DNA of 63,039 nucleotides, the filler included, from Choristocarpus tenellus KU-1152 (lineage: Eukaryota; Protista; Phaeophyceae): assembly GCA_964200185.2 (NCBI GenBank). It is 11 parts of 11 records of this genome, joined end to end, with 100 filler letters (N's around TTAATTAATTAA, not from the genome) between each part and the next. Parts side by side here need not be neighbours in the genome. Positions count along the whole stretch, not along the records: positions 1 to 4,329 come from CAXNAD020015098.1; positions 4,430 to 7,727 come from CAXNAD020020956.1; positions 7,828 to 10,641 come from CAXNAD020024526.1; positions 10,742 to 15,959 come from CAXNAD020011466.1; 7 more parts are not named here. One strand, 5' to 3'. Positions within the stretch are counted from its first letter, which is position 1. Every line of letters starts with the position of its first letter. The notes below the pieces were generated by a model. The model made no database searches, was not told where the DNA came from, and worked only from the letters and a program-made list of their open reading frames with translations. Position numbers and translations under genes: made by a program. Positions 1 through 13,284 of this stretch are shown piece by piece.

Positions 1-1710
1 CCCCCCACACACACACCCCTGCCGTTAATGAAAAAAATAGCATAAAATAATTATTCCTTCCCCACATAAAAAAACCCAAAAAAGTTCCAACAAAGAAATT
101 CAAGAAAAAAAACTCAGTTAAAAAAAAAGACACCCATCTTCACACCTTTAAACAAATAAAAAAGTAGTTGTAACTGCCCATAAAACAAAACAGAAAAAAT
201 ATACCCTAGGGCAACAAAACAAACCACGATGGTACCTTTGACCGCATTGCCTCCTCCACCTCAACCCCTGAGTGCAGTGCATGGGAAATTTGGTGCATAA
301 TCTGTTCAAGGTAACCCTTACAATGTACATATAACATTTTCTTATACATACACCGGTAGGGGCACACGGACCTTTCCGAGACCGTACCTACCTCTGTTCT
401 CAGGCAGTACTTGCACTTGTTAGAACTCATAATCATGACAAGTACTAGAACAATATGTTTCAACCGTCCTACTCCTCTATGTCAACGCAATAAAAAAAAA
501 ATCGTTTCCATTTTTCCATTCAAAAAAAAATAAATCAAGGCACTGCATTATCTCAGTGTACGTTTCGTGCAGAGATTCTCTCATAAAAAAAAACATAAGG
601 AGGCATTTTTTTCACATAGTGTATGGAGAGGCGTATTGCTTGCTATACATGCAACAGAGGTCGATAGATCAAAGATAAAAATACAAAAAAAAATATCCAA
701 AATATCAACCGCACAAATCCTCCTCCAGGGTTTCCGACAGAGGAGGCGACACATTCCACCATACTGTACCTCATAACAACAATGATAAAAGTCAATATTA
801 CAAAAAAAGCATAGACAGTTTGTGTGTGTGCGCCACTTAGCAATAGTATGATATGGATTAAGTGTGTTACTTAATCTAAACACAAAACATCCTTTTGATA
901 CACTCGATCAAATCTGGGGTAGAAAAAATGCCAACACACTTTACCCCTGTCCACTGTAACCAACTATAAACCCATCACACCAGGAACCCTAAAAAATTTC
1001 AAAAGGGGTAAGGGAGTGCGCTGAGACTGTCAAGAGGAAAGAAGCACCTCATCCAACAAAAAATAATAAAACCCCAAAACAATAAAAAAATCTAACTGGT
1101 AACACCATTCCTCTTCCAGAGCACAACAAGGCATGTAACAGACAGTCTCCTCCCCAACGACAATCAATCGAGATTCTTGAGGAATCAGTTCATTCCAAGC
1201 AGCTATCAAGAGGAGACTATTGCCTCTGTTCATTCCAAGCTATCAAGAGCTATCAAGAGCCTTCAACACCCACAACTCTAAAAAATAAAAAAATGGTGTA
1301 GCCATCCCACGATGGTATGGCAATGGCCCCGTGGTGGTGACATGGCCATCATCATCAACAGAAAAACACTTTTATTATTAACGACCAAAAGGGGACATAA
1401 AAAACAACAAGGCAGTGCGTAATCACATCAAAGACCTTCCTACTCTACAACAAAACCCTACCGTGAAGAACAGGACCAGAAGCAACGAATGCACTTCTAA
1501 ATACACCAGCGCTATGGAGGCGGTTGAGAAAACCTTACAAAATACTTTTTACATTAAAAAAATCAATTCTCAAAAAAAAAAGTACTTCATATTTGTATCA
1601 ATTTGTACAACCAACTTTTTTTTTTCAATTAAAAAATTCTACAATAACAAAAAAACACACTATTTTAATATTAAAGACCGAGTATATTATTTATTTATTA
1701 TTTTTCTCAC

Positions 1711-4288
1711 CCTCAGCGTTGGTTATAAGACGACTGTTGGCAAAGCGATATTCCCCTTCATGGTGAGCTACCAAGGCAGTATACATTGAGGTCGGCTTCC
1801 TGTGTAGGTATGACATGACAGGAGATGACACGATGCAGTTTGACAGGGCGGTCGACATGGGGATGGTTTGACAGGAAGTGACAGGACGGGACCTTTGACA
1901 GGATAGTTGACATGGACTCGGTTTGACTGGAAATGATAGGACAGGACTTTTGACAGGACAGTAGAGACGAGGGTGACGGAAGATAAGAGTCCATGAATGA
2001 AAAACATCCTAATAACTTCCTGATTGGTGTGAGTGAGTGTTTCATCACTAATACTATTAGTATCTACTGTTATCATTACTTCAAATCTTGAAATAATACA
2101 ACACCAGTAAAAAATTATTCAAATCAGACAATGATTTTTTTTAATATTATTATTATCATTACACAATGGATCAGGCAGGAGATGTAAGTAGTGGGAGACA
2201 GTGTGTGTGTGAGGGAACAACATGAGAGGATGAACAACATCTAACAACAAACAACACAGAGTAAAAATGCTTGTCGGGTGGGGAAAGCCCTTCAGCAAAA
2301 CATTTTGATTCAATTCATTTTTAACAAAAAAAAATCAACACAAAAGAAAAATTAATAACAATAATAATAATAAAAAATATCTTACCGTGATAAAAAAACC
2401 AATACAGTAAAAAATCAACACAAAAGAAAAATTAATAACAATAATAATAATAATAAAATATCTTACCGTATCTCTTGTCCCAGGGGGGTACTCTACAATC
2501 ATTATTTCTTTGCAAAATAATAAAAAAACGTCGTAAGTGTATCCTACCACCGCTCCTTAAACTAATACACACAATGTAACTGTAAATGCATAAATCATAC
2601 AGACAAATACAAGACACTCCAAACTAACCCGCACTTCTACTGCTGTAGCATCAGAGTGCACTAAACGCCTCCCATGTATGTAAGCATGGCCCCAGAACGC
2701 AGCGGGGCTACCAGTCATTGGCAACAAATATCAGTACTGGTAGTCGATGGGTGAGCATAGGAGGGAATTGGACAATCGGTACCATGCATACCAACACATA
2801 CCAACACATACCAACAATGGTGTACGCACAACCCAATAATAATAATAATAATAATAACGTTGGAGGCGACTTTGCTTCCACAGTGGTCATACTGTCAATG
2901 GCAACACAATATATACTAACACACATGGAAACAAGAGCCAGTACAACCTCCAAGAAGGTTTGGAGTAACAAAAACAGACAAAGAATAAATAACAAAAATA
3001 ATAAACAACAATAATAAATAACAAAAAACACACAAAAAAGAATAAATAAAAAGAGGTTTTGAATATCGAGGGCTCTTGTGGTGACAAGCTTGAGTGCGCT
3101 GTGCTTGTAGTGTCCGGTGAAGTGATGTGAGGTGATGCGATGTGATGTGAAGCGATCTCCTCAAAAGAACAAGAAAAAACAAGAGCAGGATAACCAAAGA
3201 CTATGTATCTCATTAAAAAAAAAAAATTAAAGAAACAATTGGCTTATGCTGTGGAACACTTCACACCAATGAACAAGACACGCACACACATGTATGCATA
3301 TTTAATTCAAAATCAATAAAATGGAAATAAATTAATGGAATGAGAACATTTTTTTTTTCAGTGATCAAAAGCTCAGCCAACCTGATGTATCAAAATAACA
3401 CCAGGTACTAACCTCATATTTTTTTCTTCTACATGAAAGCACATACACCCAACAGCTTATATATATATATAGAGAGAGAGAGATTGCCCAGACTTCAACA
3501 AAGTGATTGACAAGGCAGCATCCTATATCCTGCACTTGTTAAAAAAAAAATGTCTGCGCATCTCGAAGATCACAGAAAAAAGCCTTCCACGAACAAGCCA
3601 AACCTTCCTTCTCCACCCAACAAGACAAGAGCTCCATATACATATTTCTTTTTTTTTAATGCCACAAAAAAAAAGGAGGGGAAGGGGGGGGAAGGGGGGG
3701 GAGGATATCTCGTGTAACACACCTGAGAGCTCCGAGGGCCACAGCAGACAGCAGGAGGTAGCCAATCATCGTAACTGGAGCTACAATATCAACCTGACCA
3801 GGGCAGAGAAAAAGGATGAAACCCCCCCCCCAAAATTAAAAATAGATCTATGTATCTGCATGTCTAAATGCACCAATTTTGGGTTGTTCAAAAGATGAGT
3901 AAGATAATAATAGTTTCTTTTCAATGAGTTGAGCTGAGCCTCTCTCTCCCAGCAGGGACGTCCAGGTCACACCTCAAGTGTCATCAACGAAACCATTACA
4001 ACAAAACAAAAAAAAGGCAGACACAAACGCATCCTATTCGCTCAACGAGACCAAGAGACCGCGCCATTGGTCAATATGTTGCTTTTTGCACCACGGCTCT
4101 CTCTGCCTGCTGATACATGCAGAATATATAGATAATATACACAGATAATCCTGCACATTTTTGGTGAGAGTCCAAACCTTGTCAGAGAGCCTCCTGACAT
4201 AGATGACCATATCCAACAATGGCTTTGTGAGATTAGAATACAGGTCTGCTACGGACTCCGCAAATCGTTCAATGTCCTGGGTGATAGC
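1711..4288 (-). CDS. Peroxisomal ABC transporter subfamily D (PMP70/ABCD-like), three internal exons: complement(join(1711..1799,3723..3793,4178..4288)); partial at both ends
   Basis: GT-AG exons with compatible phases (0, 2, 1) give AITQDIERFAESVADLYSNLTKPLLDMVIYVRRLSDK-VDIVAPVTMIGYLLLSAVALGALR-KPTSMYTALVAHHEGEYRFANSRLITNAE. This matches the ABCD membrane-domain motifs TQDxExF..LYSNLxKP and EGEYRxxNSRLITNxEE. Confidence 0.9.
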
Positions 4289-4329
4289 CTGCTTCATCAC
4301 GGGGGGGGGGAGGTTCTCACACTCAATGT

Positions 4330-4429
4330 NNNNNNNNNNNNNNNNNNNNNNNNNNNNNNNNNNNNNNNNNNNNTTAATTAATTAANNNNNNNNNNNNNNN
4401 NNNNNNNNNNNNNNNNNNNNNNNNNNNNN
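4330..4429. other. Artificial contig-joining linker (44N-TTAATTAATTAA-44N); also at 7728-7827, 10642-10741, 15960-16059, 20056-20155, 31243-31342, 34730-34829, 39200-39299, 51767-51866, 57208-57307
   Basis: Ten identical 100-nt spacers, each with a core carrying stops in all six frames. Confidence 0.97.
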
Positions 4430-4639
4430 GATGCGTTTGGATTGTGTCTTGGTGCCGTTTATCCTGGCGGCCGCCGTCGGTCGGCCCCCCCCCCCCCCCC
4501 CCCCCAGATACTTTCGGTCTTCAAGCCTCTACACAGAGCACTTCGTAAGAACAATGATTTATGCAATTCAAGGTTTAAACACCTACGACCCTCACACGAT
4601 TCCCCTTCGCAGTTTAAGGTATTTAACAGGGTGGATGCA

Positions 4640-5140
4640 AGGAAAGTGGTCGGATTGGTTTGTGAGTGAAGACGAGGAAATTGGCGAGTTGTGTGGAAGT
4701 GGATACGGAAGGTGGTTGCATTGGTTTGTGAAAAGATAAGTAGAAAGTAGCCGTATTGGTGTGGAAAAAGTGGATACATGGAGATTTGCCATATTGGGGC
4801 GATAGTGGATACCTGGAAATTATCCGTACTGGTTTGTGAGTTGGAGCAGCCGAAGTTCGCTCAATATCTGAGATAGGAACCAGGGGTTTTACGGGGCTGG
4901 TAGATACCAAGTCCACTATTGGTCATATGTCCGGCGTGCGAGGGAACCGCGTTGAAACGGTTGATGGCCATGGACTTGGTCACGTTCAAACTTGGTTGTA
5001 CATGGCTGACTGGCGACCCAGGGTATGTTGGGTAGTGACAGTCATGGACTCGGCCATGTTCTAATTTGGTTGTAAATAGCTGGTTTGTGACCCCACTGGT
5101 GTTGAGTAGCGACGACCATGGACTTAGTCGTTTTTGAACA
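4640..5140. repeat. Degenerate tandem repeats: short GTGGATAC/TATTGG units (about 4640-4920), then about 2.3 copies of a 74-bp unit
   Basis: CATGGACT anchors at 4969, 5043 and 5117 (period 74); repeated AAGTGGATAC and GGTTTGTG words upstream. Confidence 0.7.
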
Positions 5141-5231
5141 TTGTATTTATCATTGTAAGGTAATATTTTTTTATAATTGGAACACTCACATCATCTCCAT
5201 ACCTCCCCATTTACTATTTACCTTCACTCTA

Positions 5232-6338
5232 CAGTGTTGGCAGTCGCCTCTAGGACGGGATCAGTCTTGATTTTTTTAAAGGGTTAACCAACGAGTTAAT
5301 CAACGATGAGCATGTCAAATGAAAGCTCTAGAACTAAGCTATCACTGGTGCAAAGGAATATTTTCGAAAAATAATATGGTAAGGTAAAATTTTAACTGAA
5401 TGGTTTCGGCACAACCTTGGAAATGTTCCGGAATGAATTATCACGACCAAACATTTTTTCCGAAAACATTCCTTTGGGCCAGTGATAGCTTAGATCCAGA
5501 GCCTTCATTTGATATGCTGATCCTCGATTAAATCGTTGACTAACCTTTACAAAAAATCAAGATTGGTCACCACCAAAACGGTACGTGGGCTAACCTCGAC
5601 TTAATACTGTTTAAGCCACTCACGGGACACGATTCTGGTTGAGCGTCTTGGAGGACACTGCTCGATGCTTCCAAAGTACCACTGAGAATTGAACCCCATG
5701 GGTATGGTCTGGGGGCGGGTGAAGCACTATGTACGACGAGGCCATTGTGACTACACGTTGCCTGGAATGAGAGTCAACATTCCTGTCAGTCTTAAGGATG
5801 ACAGGGGGTTGTCCAGAGTAATTGTGAAGAAGTTTTTCAGGATGAGTATTGCTTACCACCTGATATATTCCAACGAGAAAGGCATGAAGTGCACCAAATT
5901 GGACAGGGTGTTCAAGACATTTAAGTCTCACAGGAGGCCTGCACATTGAGAATACCTCATTTGACTTGGCGTGGATTGTCTGGTTGAGAGACCTGGGCCC
6001 TCATGAGTGAGCCTTAGTCAGCAGGTGGCAACATCGCATAAACGGGAAATAATGGAAAGAGAATGGAGAGACAACAATGCCCATGTTCTCTGGGTGAAGA
6101 TGGTCTCTTCTGGCGTCAAAATAATCATTAAATGTGCGGTTCGCTCGCACCGCGCGCGGAATACTTGGTTTAAGTATGGCCCTGTATTTCTCACGATTAC
6201 TGCAAGTTGACCAACCGAGACCCATCAAATAAGGTTAAGCATGCTGATTCGATTACATCAAATGAATTTTCATAAAAAAATTGTTGATCAAAAGTTATGG
6301 CACGACAAAGTTGATGCAGGAGGCGACTGCCAACACTG
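5232..6338 (+). mobile_element. Internally deleted IS630/Tc1-mariner superfamily DNA transposon (1107 bp)
   Basis: Perfect 19-bp TIRs CAGTGTTGGCAGTCGCCTC with TA on both flanks (5230-5231, 6339-6340). The transposase C-terminal relic MLPKYH*ELNPMGMVWGRVKHYVRRGHCDYT (about 5666-5949) matches the DDE_3 LPKxHxELNPIExVW motif and has a stop in place of the expected Cys. Confidence 0.88.
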
Positions 6339-7496
6339 TATTGTTATGTAGTCATTAATGTTATTGTTGTTGCTCTTGATATTTCGTAAGATGTATCGGA
6401 ACGGATGTATGTCCACAGGACGTGTGATACATTATTGTTCGTCATCTCCGAAGTTCTAGTGGGGATTGATTCAGTTCACAATATAGAACTAGTACTGGGA
6501 ACTGAACAACTACAAGAACACATTTTGAAGGAGCGTATCTACATCATAATAGTACCATGAAACGATTTGGTTGGTGACCGGATGGGACAAAGGAGTTCCT
6601 CTTGGGTAAGAGAGATTGAGAGGGGGATGCAAGGATCAAAATAGGAAGTCATGTTTTTCACAGGTGGCAACCTTTTATTGGGCCTAGGGTTGTTTTGAAA
6701 TTACTAAAGAATATTTGAGTTATTACAGTAATTTGTGAGATGTTCGATGAAAATATAATCTGAACAACAAAATATTCCTCCAACATTTTTCAAGATAAAT
6801 ATATATATTGCTGCATTTTTGATAGATGCAGATTGTGTATGTAGAGGAAATGTACTTCCATGTATGTTTGATTACGTTGTTAGTGAACGATAGTCATGAA
6901 AAATACGTACTGACATACCAACCAGTTTTTGTCAAAATACATAAATCCTAGTATGAAGTGAAGTACTTTGAAGTGGCAGTTTTATCCTGCTGTGTATGTC
7001 AGATGCTTATGCTTATTAATGGTAGCAATGATTGTGATAGTGGCAATGAGATTTGCACAAGAAAATATGTGCATCATTATCTGGAACAATAAGGATAGTT
7101 TTCCTGTACTCCATCAGTTTGGGGTCAGTTCCAGCAGTGTGGGTGGATGAGGAAAAGAACAGTGTGAACTAATGCTGAAGAGAGAAACTATTTGCCAATT
7201 GGATGAAATGGACATGATCTCATGAAACCGATTGTCTTGGAGAATTTCTTCAAACATCAATTTGTGTATCCCTTACTTTTTCTTTAACCCTTTTCAATGT
7301 TAAGGTTTTTTCCTCCCTTGATTTTCCTTTTTTCTTTCAAGTCTGAGGTAGTATAGTGTGAGACAAGCGTTGACTACATAACTCTACAATGCATAACTGT
7401 TTGCTCTGAGTTAGGGTTAGAGATATCAACTACTATTAATACTATGCTTTGAGGCTCTTATTTTTGCTTGACTGTAGAGTAAAAGGGTTAGAGTTG

Positions 7497-7727
7497 CTTA
7501 GAGGGTACGAGTTTTACACTGTCCATTTGGGGCTTGCCTTCCTATGTTTTTTTTAATGACAATTTCCTACTCCAAAATGTTTTGGAGTAGGTAAAATGTG
7601 TAAGTTATGAAAAGGTTTGTCCGGAACAAGGATATTGAGACTTCCTAACAAACACGATAGTCAAAATTACATCAAAATCGCAACATTGGATTTTGACCCC
7701 CAAATGGACGCAGTCCTACCCTCTAAG
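7497..7727 (-). mobile_element. MITE family A copy, cut by contig end
   Basis: CTTAGAGGGTA ... TACCCTCTAAG inverted ends; body matches the other A copies. Confidence 0.85.
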
Positions 7728-7827
7728 NNNNNNNNNNNNNNNNNNNNNNNNNNNNNNNNNNNNNNNNNNNNTTAATTAATTAANNNNNNNNNNNNNNNNN
7801 NNNNNNNNNNNNNNNNNNNNNNNNNNN

Positions 7828-7990
7828 GGGGGGGGGGGCTCTACACCAGGGTGTCCATTCGGGTCCTGACCAGGAGGAGTGAACTTAAATTATCCATTTC
7901 ACGCATGCAACAAAATCACCCAAAAAATCGTAACATGGAAAAATGGACTGGAAATGGACAGCCGCCACGCCCCCCTAGATACTTTGAGCC
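7828..7990 (+). mobile_element. MITE family B copy, left end lost in gap
   Basis: polyG-CTACACCAGGGTGTCCATTCGGG ... CCCCTAGATACTTTGAGCC. Confidence 0.85.
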
Positions 7991-8268
7991 AGTTCTTCTG
8001 TTTCATGGTGGTGCACTTCCTTTCCTTCCTTCCTTCCAGTGTAAGGACATTATAAGGGTGAGGGCTCCAAAAGTACCACAGAACTTCTGTTACAGGGTGA
8101 TCTAGGCGTGGGGTGCCACCGGTGGTGTTTTGGTTGTAAAAAAACAGGCATCGTGTCCCTGTCCAATCCTGTCAGCAGGTACAATACCAATGGTAGGCCA
8201 TGCATAGTATGTAAGCTAATTTCTTATACCAGCATACTGAGCCTGTAGACATACTCGAGTATGTATTT

Positions 8269-8525
8269 GAGTGAAAATATCTTAGAGAGTACGAGTTTTG
8301 CCCTGTTTGTCCATTTGGGGCCTGGCTTCCCTCAGGGTTTTATGACATTTTCCTACTCCAAAATATTTGGGAGTAGGTAAAATGCATACATTATGAAAAG
8401 GTGTGTCTGGAACAAGGAGATTAACACTTCCTAGCAAACACAATAGCCAAAATTACATACAAATCGAGACATTGGATTTTGGGCCCCAAATGGACGCGGC
8501 TCTACCCTCTAAGATACTTTGGCTC
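8269..8525 (-). mobile_element. MITE family A, full length
   Basis: Ends GAGTGAAAATATCTTAGAG and CTCTAAGATACTTTGGCTC; 4-bp TSD ATTT (8265-8268, 8526-8529). Confidence 0.9.
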
Positions 8526-9949
8526 ATTTTTCTATTTGTATAGGGACGCTTCTTCTTGTGCATTGTTGCTGGGCACTAGCTCGTCGGCAATATAAACTGT
8601 AGGATCTCATTATGCCGTTAATGGCGTGCCACCACCAGAACATCACAATGGTAGTTCTATTGATAATGTTATTATTATTTTCAAATAACCCCACTCCTCA
8701 TTTCCCACACACCTACCGTTCTATGTGTGCATTCGCTCATCTGTTTCGCGCTCAATCGAGCTTTCTTACACACTGTCTCGAGAGATCAGATATGTGTCCC
8801 ATAAATAGTGATATTAATAGAGCTGGAAGTGACACTCAAGGTGAACATTCATTTGACTGCTCCATCCAGCAGAGATACGCATGCAGTTACACACGCTTGG
8901 ATGGAGCTTATAAGTGTGTTATCCCCACCAAACTATGTATCTGCAGAAACAGTTGTTTCACCTATAATGCATTTTCTTGCAATTTGAAGCAATGGATATC
9001 TTGGATAACTAGACTTGTTTGAGATTCCTAAGAGGATTTCAAAGTTGATATTTTTAGTCTGTGTACAAAGACTGCTCAACTCAGCAGTATATGTTGGCAG
9101 TGCATTATGGTACACACGATGAAAGAAAAGATTTTTGTTCCTTCAGCTACCAAAGCATCCACCCTTTTTGGAAATGCTGACGGGGTAGGTAACTAACTCA
9201 GTACCTGAGTAGCATCTGATCGAAAAACTTGTTGCTTCTACACCTGACAACAGTGGGGTTCGTGCAACTGAAATGTCACCGGATGTACGTACGTGAGGGT
9301 AAAGCTCTTGAAAAAAAAAATGCAGCTTATTTCTATCAGGGAATTGCAGCAAGTTATTTAGCAACAGTAGCACATTCGTTGGAGGTAAAGATTAGAGGCC
9401 TATATGTGTGATCTCAAAGGAGATAAGTTCGTTGGTAACAAGATTGATAGGAGCTTCCTGCCATGTTCGAGTTGCTACGACTGGACACAGGACTCGACAG
9501 CAATAGCATTAGAATCAGATGCAGGGGAATATCAATCATCACTTCTATTTGTTACCATCGCACTTTGTCTCTGACGGATCCCAGACTCGTAGTCAGAAGG
9601 TACATGTTAAGTCCAAAGAAAGGTAAGACACGCTGCTTGAAAAAAGCAACAGCGACCATAAACAAATAACAGGGGAAGAAGCAAGTCTCTATGTGGAGAG
9701 AGATAAAGAGGAAAGAAAAGAAGAGCAGAGGCTGTACGAGAAAAATACTAACACCCAAAAATAACGAAGGGGAAGAGAAAAAACGAAAATGAAAAAATGC
9801 AAGGGGGTCAGCCCAAAATGAAAACAGCATTCAGCACACAGTGATGATGATAGTGTTAGTGGCCTGGGCGAATTTTCCCGCTGCTTAGGTGTGAGATATA
9901 TTAGCTGTCACAGCTTCGTTGGAGTATCACTTTGCCATGAAGCCCTTTG

Positions 9950-10100
9950 TGCCCTCAGCAACACACTCATGTGACTTCTTTAGGTTACTGGCCCTTGTCC
10001 TCCAACCCTTAATTGAAGCCTTAATCTTGTCAAGGTCGTCTTGGAGACATGTCCACCAGTTCTTCCCCTCTTTTCTATTTAGAAGGTCTTCAATCAACTA
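9950..10100 (-). pseudogene. Possible C-terminal relic of an RTE-like LINE ORF2
   Basis: Minus frame KEGKNWWTCLQDDLDKIKASIKGWRTRA resembles the WxxCxxxDL..W...A tail of RTE-type LINEs. The match is short and interrupted by stops. Confidence 0.35.
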
Positions 10101-10569
10101 ATCAAAAATCTGTTCTGATATATTTTCCTCAATATATTTTTTTACTTGGGAGTGGATCGTCGTGGGAAATTAGACAATATACCAAGTCGTAGAAGAGGTC
10201 ATTTAAATGACGAAATTTTATGCTTTGTTGGTTATTGGTATACACTTTGAAGCATTGAGTTTCCAAAATAGAAGTAGAAATAGCCAGGTCACAAAATACC
10301 AAATCCAAGTGACTACTCTTAACTTATGTTGATGGGACAACATAGCAGCAGGCTAGGTTGCTCAATAACGTAGGCGGACTTTCATACCCTAATCAATAGT
10401 CTAGACTTACGTCACTGGATCACTTGGCTTGTATTTTCAGGTATACTTCGAATGTGCCAGAAAGCACTGACCGCCGTTCTTTGTTCAAGGGGCTCAAAGG
10501 AGCTGAGAAATCAGAAACGTTTTGATAGGCCCTAAATCGATACATCCCACTTGATATAATCCTCATAGT

Positions 10570-10641
10570 GGTTCAAAGTATCTGGGGGGGTGGGGGGGGG
10601 GTCTACACCAGGGTGTCCATTTGGGACCTGACCAGGGGAAG
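10570..10641 (+). mobile_element. MITE family B left end, cut by contig end
   Basis: GGTTCAAAGTATCTGGGG...CTACACCAGGGTGTCCATT. Confidence 0.85.
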
Positions 10642-10770
10642 NNNNNNNNNNNNNNNNNNNNNNNNNNNNNNNNNNNNNNNNNNNNTTAATTAATTAANNN
10701 NNNNNNNNNNNNNNNNNNNNNNNNNNNNNNNNNNNNNNNNNCCCGGCCAAAGTGGCGGGCCGTGATTGCA

Positions 10771-10947
10771 GGGGGGGGGGGGGGGGGGGGGTGGCGACTG
10801 TCCATTCAGGGTCCATTTTTCCACGTCGCGACTTTTGTGTGATTTGGTTGCATGAGTCGGATGGAAAATGGAAGTTCACTTCTCCTGGTCAGGGCCTGTA
10901 TGGACACCCTGGTGTAGACCCCCCCGCCCCCCAAGAAACTTTGAGCC
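10771..10947 (-). mobile_element. MITE family B copy, one TIR missing
   Basis: polyG-GTCCATTCAGGG ... GGACACCCTGGTGTAGACCCC ... ACTTTGAGCC. Confidence 0.85.
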
Positions 10948-13284
10948 CCTCACCAGTCAGGTGATCATACATTTAAGTGGTACTCACCTAATGCACTCTT
11001 CTATGTCGCCAATCAAGTAGGTTTATTAATGAAGTTTTCATGTGAAATAATAACAGTGCGTCAATTCACGTTTTTGCTCACCTAAGAATTAGTGTTGTGA
11101 GCACAAAACACCTTTATATCGGCTCTTTTCAAATTTGGTGAGAAAGAACCAAGATCGCTACTGATAAAGCAGTAACAATTCTGCTATTCAGAAAAAAAAA
11201 ATGCTATTTAGAGCCAGCTGTTGTACTGCTTTTTTTTATATCAATGTTTTTTTTGCGTTTTGTAAGTTTTTGCTTCCCTCTCTTTTCTTTATACATGTAC
11301 TACCCCGATTAACAAATAAGTTGTTGTAAGCACACACACACACACATACACACACATCTATACATGCACCCGTTATGATTTAATAAAACCACTTCCAACA
11401 CTCTCAAGGACTGGTCCTGTTCATCTCGAACTGCAAAGATTGGTATCAGTCTCAATTGAAGAGTTCCACCGATAACCAGGTGTTGCGGTTTTTACTTTTT
11501 GGGAGGCGTATATATATATATGAACCGTGTCGGAAGGTCACCTTCCATCCAAGATGGAAAATAAATTGAAATTCCTTCCACGTCAAAACATCAAGTTTTC
11601 ATTCAAGATTTTAAAAAAATATAACACCAATCTTCCGGCATATTGTCAGCGTGTACACGTGTATAGACCGCAACATACCCCCGCTGCAAGGTTCAAAGAG
11701 ACCAAGCAGAGACTGCAAAGAGACAGTTCATTGGATGTTGCTACAAAGATGTGACCAGTTGGCTTCTCCTCATTGAAACGTCCTACCCCAGTCAGTCTTC
11801 CACAAGAAATAAAATAGAAATCTGACCATCACCTTGCACCTTCCTCAAATAAACTCCGCATTACCCTCACTCCAGAAAGGTCTCAGCAGTCAACCTTAAC
11901 CCTACACACCAATGTTCATAGTTTGTTTAAAAGGGTGTTTTCAATATCGTATCAGGGGGTACGGAGCATGTGTTGCTCTTCGAGATGTTCCTGATCTTGA
12001 GGAAGGCGTTGCTCGCTGCTCTCGTGGACAGGCGTAGGTACCACCAGGTATTGTTTAGTTGCAATAGAGAAGTTAACAATAGAGAGTTGCTGACTAGACC
12101 AATCTTATCAAGCACGCCTGGACTGCTCACACATTTAAGTTATCCCTACATATGTCCAACAACACTGTACCTGGTTGAGGTTGTGAGGTTCATTCAAAGT
12201 CATTGGACAAAAGCAATCGACAATGAAAGAACAAACTTGGTCAGGTCAAAGCAGTGTTTCATTTTTGCACCTGATTCGATGACACAAGATAATGATACAG
12301 TTAATACCATAAGGAGGGGGGGGAGGGCGGGGGGGGGGCTTTTATACAAGTACTCCAGGAGCTGTCTACGCAGCAAGGCAGGATTCAAGGACAGTCAACC
12401 CTTCCACAATGTGGAACCCGTAATTATAGCATGTGAACTCTGCCAAGGAGATAGCCTATCATACATATGGTGTTATTAACATGAGTATTTAATTGGTAAT
12501 TAAGCCCTTCATCTTTACATTTCTAATTCTGCAGTGTTCTTCCTCACAAATACAAGTTCAACACATCATCAAGCAGTGAGCTTCCAGACAACTGTAATGT
12601 AACAAACTCTCAAAAGGCGTAGCATTTCAAAATCTGTAATGAGGGAGAATATCCCAAGGAATACCAAGGACTGATTCTGATACGAAGTCCCATCAAAACA
12701 ATCCTTCATAGCTGTTGCTTTCAAATCTTTTCAATCTCCAATGCCATATGTAGCAAGTGCCAGCTCACTGGAGGAACTAGTAAGGAGGATATGTAGCATT
12801 TCGTCCCCAGCCTCACATACACACCTCTTTAGATGTTCATGACAAGATTAAAAAAACAAGTGATTAAAACCAAGTTTTGTAGCATAACCTCCATGTATTA
12901 TCCACCACTGCTTAGCAGCTATACAAAAACTTAACCAGCTTCTACAGGCGCAGGTGATTTTGATCTTCATATTGCAAGGCTTAGGATAGCACGCCCAAGG
13001 GCTTGCCACACCAGCTATGGTACCTTACAAGATAAGACACGGCACCAGTAGCCAACCCTAACCCTAACCCACCTACACTCTTGGCTGGTATTACCGACAA
13101 TCGTACACAAGAGAATACAGAATACAACTAATTTGCAAAAAATATCTAAGCAAAGCCCGATCTTGACACAAGGAAGAAAGGACCAAACATACAATTATCC
13201 ATCAAAGATCACCTTGAATCATCTAATATCATCAAAATGATCCAGTCAGATTCATTAGCCCACCCAGTTCAATCTAGGGGAAAA

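Noticed and set aside
2330-2470. About 77-bp direct duplication (also 1187-1260 and TGACAGG repeats at 1810-1990)
   Set aside because: Simple slippage repeats in ABCD intronic or flanking sequence.
4330-4429. Recurrent TTAATTAATTAA palindrome as a biological site
   Set aside because: Always centred in 44+44 N; an artificial six-frame-stop linker.
5950-6338. Fanzor/TnpB cargo in the IS630-like element
   Set aside because: No RuvC or zinc-finger motifs are visible in any frame.
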